DNA of 28,290 nt from the IMG/VR virus record IMGVR_UViG_3300037465_000360, positions 1-28,290 of that record; one strand, written 5' to 3'. This stretch comes from a virus. Taxonomy: Duplodnaviria; Caudoviricetes. The first letter of the stretch is position 1. Each line of letters opens with the position of its first letter. This document shows positions 16,516 through 24,824 of this stretch, one piece after another. The position numbers and the translations under genes were made by a program. The notes under the pieces are model-generated. The model was not told where the DNA came from, searched no databases, and was given only the letters and a program-made list of their open reading frames with translations.

Positions 16516-17156
16516 ACGTCATGCTCTGGGTCGCGGCGTTTTTTCTGCCGCCGCTGGCGACACTGCTCACGGGCGGCGTGCGCGCGGCGGTGGTCAATGC
16601 GCTGGTGTGGCTCGCGGCGGGGATGCTGTCCTTCGCGCCGCTGATGGCGGTGGCCGAGCCGTCGCTCCGCGTGCTGGTGCCGTTCTCTCTGCTAGGGCCG
16701 GTGGCATGGCTCGTGTCGGTGATTCATGCGGGGGTGTATGTGGCGTGGAGCGGCAAGGTGCAGCGCGTGCGCGAGATGAACGAGCTGCGACGCATCGAGG
16801 GGAAACACACGTTTGTGTCCGTGGAGGAAAAGCCGGGCACGATCCTAAACACACTCATCATCGGCGCGCTGGCGGTGCTGTGCGCGGCAGGGGTGATCAC
16901 CCAGCGGAAGATAAACGCGGAGGCCGAACGGAAGAAGGCCGTGGCCTTCGCCGAGGAGCGGCGCGTGATCGCGGAGCAGCAGGAGGCGGCGCGTGAGCGC
17001 GCGAGGCTGGAGCAGATGACGGGCTGGACGTTTGACGAAGTGCAGGCGACGTACGGCGCGGCGGTCTCGACCGACAAAAGTACCGGCTGGGCGCAGTGGA
17101 CGAAGTTCCGCGCGCGCTTCGAGGGCGGCAAGGTCGTCGAGGTGACAGCGCGGTGA
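16512..17156 (+). CDS. Membrane protein with a Pmp3/YqaE-like N-terminus (lysogenic conversion candidate)
   Basis: Likely start MNVMLW at 16512 (ATGA overlap). AAFFLPPLATLL...VIHAGVYV, several hydrophobic segments, a coiled region and a small C-terminal alpha/beta domain. Confidence 0.65.
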   Translation: MNVMLWVAAFFLPPLATLLTGGVRAAVVNALVWLAAGMLSFAPLMAVAEPSLRVLVPFSLLGPVAWLVSVIHAGVYVAWSGKVQRVREMNELRRIEGKHTFVSVEEKPGTILNTLIIGALAVLCAAGVITQRKINAEAERKKAVAFAEERRVIAEQQEAARERARLEQMTGWTFDEVQATYGAAVSTDKSTGWAQWTKFRARFEGGKVVEVTAR

Positions 17157-17246
17157 TCTGATCGCAGGCGGGAAGGCCCGTTTCAACCACGCGGGGCGTG
17201 TCCCTTCTGTTTGCCTTTCAAGGCTTCGAGCGGGAAAGATGCGCGC

Positions 17247-18353
17247 ATGTCGATGCGCCTGCTCGCCGCCCTGTCCCGCCCCGCCTCCGCCGCTGTGGAG
17301 CTGGTCGCTTTCAGCGGCGCGCGGCTGAAGCTTGATGCCAATGGCGAACTGCCGCGCGAGATCACCGTCGCCCCGTGGGGTCGGCGTGAGACACGCAAGG
17401 GCGCGGTCGTGGTGGATGACTTTTCCGCCGCACAAGTGCCGCTCAACCAGGCCGCGCAACGGTTTGACACCGTGGCGCTGGATTTCAACCACAACACTGT
17501 GCCCGGCCACGCTAGCTACATGGCGGAGAAAGAGCCTCGATTGATCGCCGCCAACGCCAAAGTCCGTGTGCAGCCCGGCAAGGGCATCGTCTTCGAAATC
17601 ATCAATTTCACGCCGGAAGGCGAGGCCGCGCTCAAGGGCGGGCACTTCATTGATCTCTCACCGACCGTGGTGAGAGATGCGCAGGGCCGCGTGATCTTCG
17701 TCCACTCCGCCGCGCTGTGCCGCCAGGGCGAGATCGCCGATGACTCCCTGACTCTGATCCCGCATGACGCGGACAGCAAGCTGGCCGGCGTCATGACCGC
17801 ACTGGCTGCGGAGGCACCCATCACCAGCTCGAAACCCGAAAAACACCTGACAATCATGAAAAACGCCCTCGTGAAACTCCTCGCCGCCTTAGGTGTCACC
17901 CTCGCCGATGACGCCGATGAAGCCGCCATCGCCACCGCCCTGGAAGCCGCCGCCGCGAAGGCAGAGGAGCTTGCGAAGAGGCCGGAGGCGATGAATGCCG
18001 ATTACACCGCGCTGAGCGCGGAGGTCAAGATGCTGCGCGAGCAGATCAGCACGTTCAATGCGGCGGAGGAGCAGCGCCAAAAGGACGCGCTTGTCGCCAC
18101 CGCCAGCCGCGAGGGCAAAGTGATCCCGCTCTCCGCCGAGACCATCAAGGTCACGCCCTTCAGCGTGCTGGAAGAGATGGTGAAGCAGCTCAAGCCCGGC
18201 GCGGTGCCGCTGAGCCGCAGCACCACGGACAAAGACGCCACCGGCAAGGTGGAAGTCTTCAGCGCCGAGGACAAGGCCGTCTTCGCCGCCATGGGGCTGT
18301 CGGAAGACGACTACCGCCAGTATGTCCTGGACCAGAAGCCCGCGAAGGCGTGA
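17247..18353 (+). CDS. Mu gpI-like prohead protease, with a likely internal in-frame scaffold (gpZ) start at 17856
   Basis: APWG, ALDFNHNT, FTPEGEAALKGGHFIDLSP, HSAAL. Helical C-terminal half begins MKNALVKLLAALGV and ends AMGLSEDDY. Confidence 0.88.
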   Translation: MSMRLLAALSRPASAAVELVAFSGARLKLDANGELPREITVAPWGRRETRKGAVVVDDFSAAQVPLNQAAQRFDTVALDFNHNTVPGHASYMAEKEPRLIAANAKVRVQPGKGIVFEIINFTPEGEAALKGGHFIDLSPTVVRDAQGRVIFVHSAALCRQGEIADDSLTLIPHDADSKLAGVMTALAAEAPITSSKPEKHLTIMKNALVKLLAALGVTLADDADEAAIATALEAAAAKAEELAKRPEAMNADYTALSAEVKMLREQISTFNAAEEQRQKDALVATASREGKVIPLSAETIKVTPFSVLEEMVKQLKPGAVPLSRSTTDKDATGKVEVFSAEDKAVFAAMGLSEDDYRQYVLDQKPAKA

Positions 18354-18380
18354 ACCCTGAACGCTGAACCCTGAACGCTG
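18351..18380 (+). repeat. Heptamer tandem array
   Basis: TGAACCC TGAACGC TGAACCC TGAACGC, beginning at the gpI stop codon. Confidence 0.8.
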
Positions 18381-18415
18381 TATTTCCCAACATCCGAACC
18401 CCGACCTAACTCACC

Positions 18416-19183
18416 ATGTCCGCCGCCACCGTCTCCCAACCCATCGCCCGCCGCGATGGCATGAACTATGACTTCGCCCTGAAGGCCGCCGCTGTGAAGC
18501 TCCTCAAAGGAGTGCTCGCCGCGCGGAACTCCAGCGGCTACATCACCAACGCGAGCGATGCCGCCGGCCTGATGGTCGTGGGCGTCCACCGCGAGGAGGT
18601 GGACAACTCCGCAGGCTCTGCGGGCGATCTCGATGCCAAGATCGAGACCGGCATCTTCCTTCTCAGCAACTCTGTCACAGGTCCGCTGACGGACGCGGAC
18701 ATCGGCAAGCGCTGCTTCGTCGAGGACAACCAGACCGTTGCCTCCAGTGGTGGCACGCATGGTGTCGTCGCCGGCATCGTCCGCAAGGTCGATGACTCGG
18801 GCGTCTGGGTGCAAGTCGGCAATTTGGACGCGAGCGTCCAGCCCTTCCGCCTGCCCACGCTCGTGGACGCCGATGGTGCCACGATCACCGCCGCGCTATC
18901 GGGTGGTGTCATCAGCAACGCCGGTGCCTCCGGTGCTGCCACGTTCGCTCTGCCGCCTGCCACGGCGGGTCTGACCTTCACCTTCGTGGTCCAGGCGGCG
19001 CAGGAACTGCGCATTGACCCGAACGCTACGGAGACCATCGCGCTGCCCTCCACCGGAGTGCAGGGCGCGGCGGGCAAATACCTCGTTGCCGACGCGATTG
19101 GCGAGAAGGTGCAGCTCGTGTGCCTCACCGCCGGGAAGTGGGACGTGATCCACTACTCCGGCATCTGGACGGCTGAAGCCTGA
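18416..19183 (+). CDS. Head decoration/cement-like protein with a C-terminal extension
   Basis: Lies between protease and major head. ADIGKRCFVEDNQTV...VAGIVRKVDDSGVWV, plus a second beta-rich domain (TFALPPATAGLTFTF). Confidence 0.6.
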   Translation: MSAATVSQPIARRDGMNYDFALKAAAVKLLKGVLAARNSSGYITNASDAAGLMVVGVHREEVDNSAGSAGDLDAKIETGIFLLSNSVTGPLTDADIGKRCFVEDNQTVASSGGTHGVVAGIVRKVDDSGVWVQVGNLDASVQPFRLPTLVDADGATITAALSGGVISNAGASGAATFALPPATAGLTFTFVVQAAQELRIDPNATETIALPSTGVQGAAGKYLVADAIGEKVQLVCLTAGKWDVIHYSGIWTAEA

Positions 19184-19239
19184 TCCGGCCTGCTGAATTG
19201 AAAAAAAAGAACTGAAATCTCACCCCACTCCTACCCGCC

Positions 19240-20193
19240 ATGGAAGTCACCGCCGCCAATCTCGCTGGAATCAACAAGTCATTCCAGACCAAGTTCAACC
19301 AGGCCCGCAATCTCGCGCCGGGCTTCTACAAGAAGCTGTGCATGGAGTGCCCCTCCGCCGCCGCTGAGAATGTCTATGGCTGGCTGGCGAGCCTGCCGCA
19401 GATCGGCAGGAAGACGGGCGAGTACATCAAGAAGCGCCTCCAGCTTCTGGGCTACCGCCTGACCAATGAGACGTGGGGCGGCATCATCGAGATCCAGCGC
19501 GAGTCGATCGAGGACGACACCTACGCCATGTTTGCCCCCACGGCCAGCCTGTTGGGCCAGCGCGCCGGTCAGGTGCCGGATCTGGAGCTGACCCAACTCC
19601 TGATCAATGCCTTCAGCTCCAGCAAGGGCAAGGACTACACGAACAGCGCCTTCTTCTCCGCCGCGAAGAAAGCCCACGGCAAGGCCACGGCGTTCACGAA
19701 CAGCGGGGTCAAGAAAATCTCCGCCGCGAACTTCGAGGCCGCGCTCGCGGGCCTTGTGGAGCGCGTGGATGCCGAGGGCGTGCCGCTCTACCTCGGCCAG
19801 GACAGCTCCATGCTCTACCTGGTCGTGTGCTCCGACGACCAGAGCACGGCGGAGGCCATCGTGAAGCTGCCGACTCTGAGCGGCGGCGGCGCGAACCCGA
19901 ACTACCAGAAGGCGCAGCTCATCGTGCTGCCCGGCCTGCAAAGCGCCGCGCAAGCCTCCAGCGTCATCAATGACGCGGATGCGCGCCCGTGGTTCCTGCT
20001 GGATTGCAGCCAGGCGGTGAAGCCCTTCATCTACCAGCCGCGCAGCAGCTTCGAGATCACGCCAAATTTCAGCCTCACCTCGGACGCCGTCTTCAATCAA
20101 GACGTGTTCCAGTGGAAGGCGCGCGGTCGCATGGCCCTCGGCTACGGCCTGCCCGAGTATGCCTACGGCAGCACCGGCGCGGAAGCGGCCTGA
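19240..20193 (+). CDS. Mu gpT-like major capsid protein
   Basis: ENVYGWLASLP, NETWGGIIEIQRESIEDD, PWFLLDCSQAVKPFIYQPR, GYGLPEYAYGSTG. Confidence 0.93.
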   Translation: MEVTAANLAGINKSFQTKFNQARNLAPGFYKKLCMECPSAAAENVYGWLASLPQIGRKTGEYIKKRLQLLGYRLTNETWGGIIEIQRESIEDDTYAMFAPTASLLGQRAGQVPDLELTQLLINAFSSSKGKDYTNSAFFSAAKKAHGKATAFTNSGVKKISAANFEAALAGLVERVDAEGVPLYLGQDSSMLYLVVCSDDQSTAEAIVKLPTLSGGGANPNYQKAQLIVLPGLQSAAQASSVINDADARPWFLLDCSQAVKPFIYQPRSSFEITPNFSLTSDAVFNQDVFQWKARGRMALGYGLPEYAYGSTGAEAA

Positions 20194-20231
20194 TCGCCTT
20201 GATCTGAAACCCTCCATCCATCCCCCGCCGC

Positions 20232-20672
20232 ATGGATCCTGCTGATCTCCCCCCCGTCCCGCCCAAGGCGGTGGCCGCGCCTGCTTCGCAGCCGGTCGCC
20301 CCTTCAGGCGGCACGGTGTTCCAGCCGATCACCGTCCCGCCGCACATGGCGGGCATGATCGGCGCGGTGGTGGCCGCGCCCCCGGCGGCCACGCGCAAAT
20401 CCAATCCCACCTTCGACCGCCCCGGCGATGCCCTGCGTCGCACGCGGGAGATCGGCGACCGCCTCCGCGCCGCCGCCGCCGACTTCACCAGCGCTTGCGA
20501 GACCTTCCTTTCAGCAGTAAAAGCCGCCGAGGCCCACGCCAAGGATGATCCGGTTGCCGCCTCTCTCTGGAAAGCCGAGGGACTGGACCTGAGCCAGGCC
20601 GCCGAGGTCGCCCGCGAGGCTGGCGAGGCGCTGGACCGTGTGAAACCCCCGCTCCCGCCCGCCGCCGCCTGA
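20232..20672 (+). CDS. Pro/Ala-rich hypothetical protein
   Basis: Co-oriented ORF after the capsid gene with GC3-rich codons. Confidence 0.6.
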   Translation: MDPADLPPVPPKAVAAPASQPVAPSGGTVFQPITVPPHMAGMIGAVVAAPPAATRKSNPTFDRPGDALRRTREIGDRLRAAAADFTSACETFLSAVKAAEAHAKDDPVAASLWKAEGLDLSQAAEVAREAGEALDRVKPPLPPAAA

Positions 20673-20711
20673 ACCAACACTTTGCAATCCGCTCATGGGT
20701 TGCGATGCCAC

Positions 20712-20747
20712 GGGAACGGCGGTGGGGGAAACTTCACCGTCGTTTTC
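20712..20747 (+). terminator. Strong RNA hairpin, possible terminator/attenuator after the head genes
   Basis: GGGAACGGCGGTGGGG-GAAA-CTTCACCGTCGTTTTC: 16-bp stem with five G-U pairs and a GNRA loop; the U-tract is weak. Confidence 0.55.
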
Positions 20748-20882
20748 ATTAAAAACTCAAAAGATCGCGATTCCTGACGTGGTTCACCCTGATCCGCTGT
20801 CCTGACCCTCAAGGAGCCTCCGACCCCTCCGCGAAGCGCCGCGAAAGGGCAAAGAAGCGAAGCGGGCGGGAGACCTGATACT

Positions 20883-20910
20883 CTGAACTCTGAAATCTGA
20901 ACTCTGAACC
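20883..20910 (+). repeat. Heptamer tandem array upstream of gp36
   Basis: CTGAACT CTGAAAT CTGAACT CTGAACC. Confidence 0.8.
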
Positions 20911-20917
20911 GCATCGG

Positions 20918-21340
20918 ATGGCCTACTTCACCCTCACCGACCTCAACGCCCTCATCCCCGCCGGATGGGTGACAGAGGCGCTCGATGACGACCGCAACGG
21001 CGTGCAGGATCAGTTTTCCACCGTGCAGGCGCTCGCCGAGGGCCAGGTCAACGCGCTGATCGGGATGCGCTACACAGTGCCCGTGGACACCTCCGCAGCC
21101 AGTGCGCCGGTGGATTTCCTCCGACATGCTAGCTCATTGATCGCCGCCGCGCTGTGCTATGCGCGCCGGAACAAGGAGGCGCTTTTCCCTTATAAGGATG
21201 ATTTGCAGCTCGTGCGCGAGCAGCTCCACCAGATCGCGAAAGGCGAGCTGCCGCTCTTCCCTGGGCAGGATCGCACGCTGCCGAGCGCGGTCATCATCGC
21301 GGAAGACTCGCGGGTTTACTCGGAGGGCATCGGCTTCTAA
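20918..21340 (+). CDS. Mu gp36-like (DUF1320) head-tail connector
   Basis: MAYFTLTDL, VNALIGMRYTVPV, LHQIAKGELPL. Confidence 0.85.
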   Translation: MAYFTLTDLNALIPAGWVTEALDDDRNGVQDQFSTVQALAEGQVNALIGMRYTVPVDTSAASAPVDFLRHASSLIAAALCYARRNKEALFPYKDDLQLVREQLHQIAKGELPLFPGQDRTLPSAVIIAEDSRVYSEGIGF

Positions 21341-21342
21341 TA

Positions 21343-21480
21343 GTGAGCACGGCTGGCCATCTCATGATCGCGCTGCTCGCGCTGCTCGCGCTGCTGTTTA
21401 TGGCAGCGGCGTGGTGGCAGGTGACTCATCTGCCGGCGGATGTGCCTGCGACGCTTGAACCCATGCAGATCGCGCGATGA
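21343..21480 (+). CDS. 45-aa single-pass membrane protein (not in ORF track)
   Basis: GTG start: MSTAGHLMIALLALLALLFMAAAWWQVTHLPADVPATLEPMQIAR*. Fills the gap exactly and has an ATGA overlap with the next gene. Confidence 0.6.
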   Translation: MSTAGHLMIALLALLALLFMAAAWWQVTHLPADVPATLEPMQIAR

Positions 21481-22031
21481 AAGCCAGCACCATCCTTAAT
21501 GCGCTGTCCGCTGTGATCACGCCGCCGCTCGTGGCCGCGCGCGCGCATGTGTCCATGGCTCAGGATGAGACGGAGGCGCTCAACCAGCTCGAAGGCGACG
21601 TCCTGGGAGATTTCCGCGTAATCCTCAGCATTGATAGCGAGCGGATCGTCGAGTCCAACGATGCAGACGGCATCGTCGAGAGCACCATCGCCGCCTATGT
21701 GCAGGGGCACGTCTCCCTCGATCTGCTGCCGGGGAGGAGCGTGAGCGGCGCCACGGTGAGCACGCCGGACAGCTTCCTCGACCGCATCCAGTACGTCATC
21801 GCGCTCGTGCGCGGCGCTGACATCAGCGACGAGCCAAACATTGATTGCTCCGTGGGACGCATTTTCCGTTTCCAAACTTGGACGTGGTTGCGCATCGCCG
21901 AGCTGCCCGCCTATCGCGCGGCGAAGTGCGAGTTCGTGATCCGCTACGCGCTCGATGATCCCGCCGCTGTGCGACTGACCGACGCCGGCGAGGCCAGGCT
22001 GACCGATGCGGGCGCGCCCCGCGAGCATTGA
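21477..22031 (+). CDS. Putative tail completion/terminator protein (gp37-like position)
   Basis: Follows gp36; FLDRIQYVIALVRG helix. Assignment is mainly positional. Confidence 0.5.
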   Translation: MKASTILNALSAVITPPLVAARAHVSMAQDETEALNQLEGDVLGDFRVILSIDSERIVESNDADGIVESTIAAYVQGHVSLDLLPGRSVSGATVSTPDSFLDRIQYVIALVRGADISDEPNIDCSVGRIFRFQTWTWLRIAELPAYRAAKCEFVIRYALDDPAAVRLTDAGEARLTDAGAPREH

Positions 22032-22062
22032 ACTCTGAACTCTGAACTCTGAACTTAGAACC
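22029..22062 (+). repeat. Heptamer tandem array
   Basis: TGAACTC x3, TGAACTT, AGAACC; spans from stop codon to next ATG. Confidence 0.85.
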
Positions 22063-24138
22063 ATGAATCTGAAATACACTCTTCTGCTCATCGCGGGCAC
22101 CGCGTCCATCGCTTCGGCGCAGTTCGTCCCTTCTGGAAAAAAAATCAGCGATCTGCCCGCCGCGTCGAGCGTCTCGGGCGCGTCACTGTTTGAAGTGTCG
22201 AACTCCGGCACTTCTCAAAAAGCCAGCGCCGCGCAAATCGCCGCGTATGCGAACAGCCTGGTCAGCGGCGGCGCGTGGGGCAGCATCACCGGCACGCTGA
22301 GCGCGCAGACCGATTTGCAAACCGCGCTCGATGCAAAACTCAGCATCGCGGCCGCCCCAGGGCTTTACCAGCCGCTCGATGCGGATCTGACCAGCATCGC
22401 CGGGCTGACCACCACGGCGTATGGGCGCGGGCTGCTGACTCCGGCGGATGCCACGGCAGCGCGGGCACTGCTGGAACTGACGAAGGGCAGTTCGGTGAAC
22501 AATGTGCCCTACTGGCCGAGCGCGCCAGGTATTGCATCGACTCTCTTGGGCCATATCTCGGCGGGTGCGATTCGAGGCGTCACGCTGGATGCCTCGCTGC
22601 TGCTCGATACCAATGTTCTCTCTGTCCAGGGCGCGAACGTGACGGGACTGGACGCGGCCAATGTCGCCTCGGGTGTGCTGGCCCTGGCACGCGGCGGCAC
22701 CGGCGCGGGCACCGCCAGCGAGGCGCGAAGCAATCTGGAACTCGTCAAGAGCTACGGCGGGTTAGGGGCGGCGGACGCGGGGAGCGTGGCAGCCTTTGGT
22801 GCTGACGGCGAGCTGGCCTGCACGGGGTATTTCACCATCGTCTCCGATGGCGATAACACCCCGCATCTCTCCCTGGCCAATTTAAGTGGCGTAGCATCGG
22901 CGACGTTCGAATATGTTGGTGCTGGGGGGGTGACGATTAAAGTCGCAAATGCGGTGTCCGGTGACACGGGTTATTTACTCGCCGGCAGCGCGGCCAACCA
23001 CGGCGGGTGGCTCACCAATCTCAACGCCAGTAATCTCGCCACCGGCACCGTGCCAGCCGCCCGGATTGGCACGGGCACGCTCACCAGCGCCATGCTGACC
23101 AATGACACCATCGTGGACGCGGACATCAATGCCAACGCCGCCATCGCGGGAACGAAGATCGCGGGCGACGACACGGCTTACAATGCGACGAGCTGGGACG
23201 GGAACAGTGCCGTTCCCAGCAAGAACGCCATCCGCGACAAGATCGAGTCAATGGGAGGCGGAGGCACCATTGAGCTTGATCTCGTCGCTTGGGTGGAGAC
23301 GGACGGCAACGACCCCACCGGCACCGTGGGCGATCCCTCGAAGCCTTATCAAACTATGAACGAAGCCTACCAAGACGGCGCGCGGGTGTTTATTCTGGGT
23401 GCGGGCGCTTTCAGCGGATTGAGCCAGGAGGGCTCGATCACCATTGCGGTGGAGGGCATGTCGGCAGCGAGCACGACAGTGGCGAATGTGCAAAGCACCA
23501 ATTCCGGCGTTATCACGATCCGCGATCTTGGTGGCCGTTCAGTGACGTTTGACATGATCAGCAGCAACGGCGCGGATGGTGCCCCTGCAAGCAGCGGAGC
23601 CAACGCGGGTTCAATAGTGTTGCATAATGTAAAGGCGACGAATGTGAGTGTCATAGGAGGATCCGGAGGCGAAGACGAAGTTTCGGCAGGTGGAGGAGGC
23701 AACGGCGGCAGCGTCTATGCTATTTTTTCCGATATGACCACTGTCATCGCCGATGGCGGTAATGGAGGAAGCGCATCGGGCGAAAACGGCGCGGGCGGGA
23801 GTGCGGGCGCGGGCGGCTCAGTGGAGCTGCATTATACCAACGTCGGCGGTGTGGCGGCTGCCAATGGAGCTACTGGCGGGTCGCCGGGAACTGGGGGCGT
23901 GGCGGGCACAAACGGCGAAGGCGGGAGCATCACCTTGCGCCATTGCATGATCACCGAGGCTTCAGTGCAGTCCAGCGATACAGCCGGAGTCATTGACGCG
24001 CAGCATACCAGCGTGGGCATGCTGAAGATGGATAGCGGCACGGGCACGCTGAACGGCTATTTTATTTATGCCAACACCCTCAGCGGCACGCCGACGATCA
24101 ACGTGCGCCAGAGCTGTATCGATGAAATGAATTACTAA
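22063..24138 (+). CDS. Tail-fibre/adhesin-like protein with N-terminal signal-peptide-like sequence and Gly-rich C-terminus
   Basis: KKISDLPAA, WGSITGTLSAQTDLQTALDAK, YQPLDADLTSIAGL and LARGGTGAGTASEARSNL fibre-type motifs; GGxGGxGG repeats. Confidence 0.7.
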   Translation: MNLKYTLLLIAGTASIASAQFVPSGKKISDLPAASSVSGASLFEVSNSGTSQKASAAQIAAYANSLVSGGAWGSITGTLSAQTDLQTALDAKLSIAAAPGLYQPLDADLTSIAGLTTTAYGRGLLTPADATAARALLELTKGSSVNNVPYWPSAPGIASTLLGHISAGAIRGVTLDASLLLDTNVLSVQGANVTGLDAANVASGVLALARGGTGAGTASEARSNLELVKSYGGLGAADAGSVAAFGADGELACTGYFTIVSDGDNTPHLSLANLSGVASATFEYVGAGGVTIKVANAVSGDTGYLLAGSAANHGGWLTNLNASNLATGTVPAARIGTGTLTSAMLTNDTIVDADINANAAIAGTKIAGDDTAYNATSWDGNSAVPSKNAIRDKIESMGGGGTIELDLVAWVETDGNDPTGTVGDPSKPYQTMNEAYQDGARVFILGAGAFSGLSQEGSITIAVEGMSAASTTVANVQSTNSGVITIRDLGGRSVTFDMISSNGADGAPASSGANAGSIVLHNVKATNVSVIGGSGGEDEVSAGGGGNGGSVYAIFSDMTTVIADGGNGGSASGENGAGGSAGAGGSVELHYTNVGGVAAANGATGGSPGTGGVAGTNGEGGSITLRHCMITEASVQSSDTAGVIDAQHTSVGMLKMDSGTGTLNGYFIYANTLSGTPTINVRQSCIDEMNY

Positions 24139-24158
24139 TCCGCCGCCTGGCGCTGTCG

Positions 24159-24332
24159 ATGAAAGCCGTCCTGCTTCTTGCGCTCTGTCCTTTCCTGGCG
24201 GGCTGTGCCGCGCCGGAGGCGGAGCTCCGGGAGAGGCCGCTCAGCCCCTCGATGGAGCTGTGGATCTGGTGGCACATGCCGGAGGTGTATTCGCTCCTAA
24301 AGCCGTGGCCCGCGCCACCTTCGGATCTCTGA
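24159..24332 (+). CDS. 57-aa lipoprotein (not in ORF track)
   Basis: MKAVLLLALCPFLAGC-AAPEAELRERPLSPSMELWIWWHMPEVYSLLKPWPAPPSDL*; canonical LAGC lipobox. Confidence 0.65.
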   Translation: MKAVLLLALCPFLAGCAAPEAELRERPLSPSMELWIWWHMPEVYSLLKPWPAPPSDL

Positions 24333-24394
24333 TTTCTTTTTTTATCTGTCCCTCCTGTTCCACCCCGCGCGCGCACTGGCTCTAATCTCCCGCC

Positions 24395-24796
24395 ATGCCC
24401 GGCTCTATCAAAGTCCTCGGAAACGCCTCGCTCGGCTTCGGCACTTGCGAACTCGGAACCACCTTCGGCCAGATCGAGGATGGATCGCTCACCCTGACGG
24501 GTGACATCGAGACGATCCCCGATTGCTGCGGCGGACTGCAAAGCGTGCTGCTGACCAATGAGCGGTACGAGCTGGAGTTCAATGTCATCATGTCCAGTGG
24601 CGCGACGCTGCCCACACGCGGGCAGGGCATCGTGTTCCCGATCTCCGGCATCGCCGGCAGTGTGTTGGAGTGGACGGTGAAATGGACGGCGGGCAAATCC
24701 AAGATGCTCGCCATCAAAGCCACGCACTGGGTGAGCCTGGGCTCCGGCGCTGGCAGCACCGCAGGCCCGGCCCTGGGCACCTTGATCTGCTCGTAG
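24395..24796 (+). CDS. Putative major tail tube protein
   Basis: 133-aa beta-rich ORF directly upstream of the chaperone pair and tape measure; positional call. Confidence 0.55.
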   Translation: MPGSIKVLGNASLGFGTCELGTTFGQIEDGSLTLTGDIETIPDCCGGLQSVLLTNERYELEFNVIMSSGATLPTRGQGIVFPISGIAGSVLEWTVKWTAGKSKMLAIKATHWVSLGSGAGSTAGPALGTLICS

Positions 24797-24824
24797 TGAC
24801 TTTCGAGTTACGAAGTCCAAACTC

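Noticed and set aside
18607-21110. Degenerate extra copies of the 26-bp palindrome at ~18607-18623 and ~21090-21110
   Set aside because: Only the CTCCGCA-N5-TGCG core matches, which is plausible by chance in GC-rich coding DNA.
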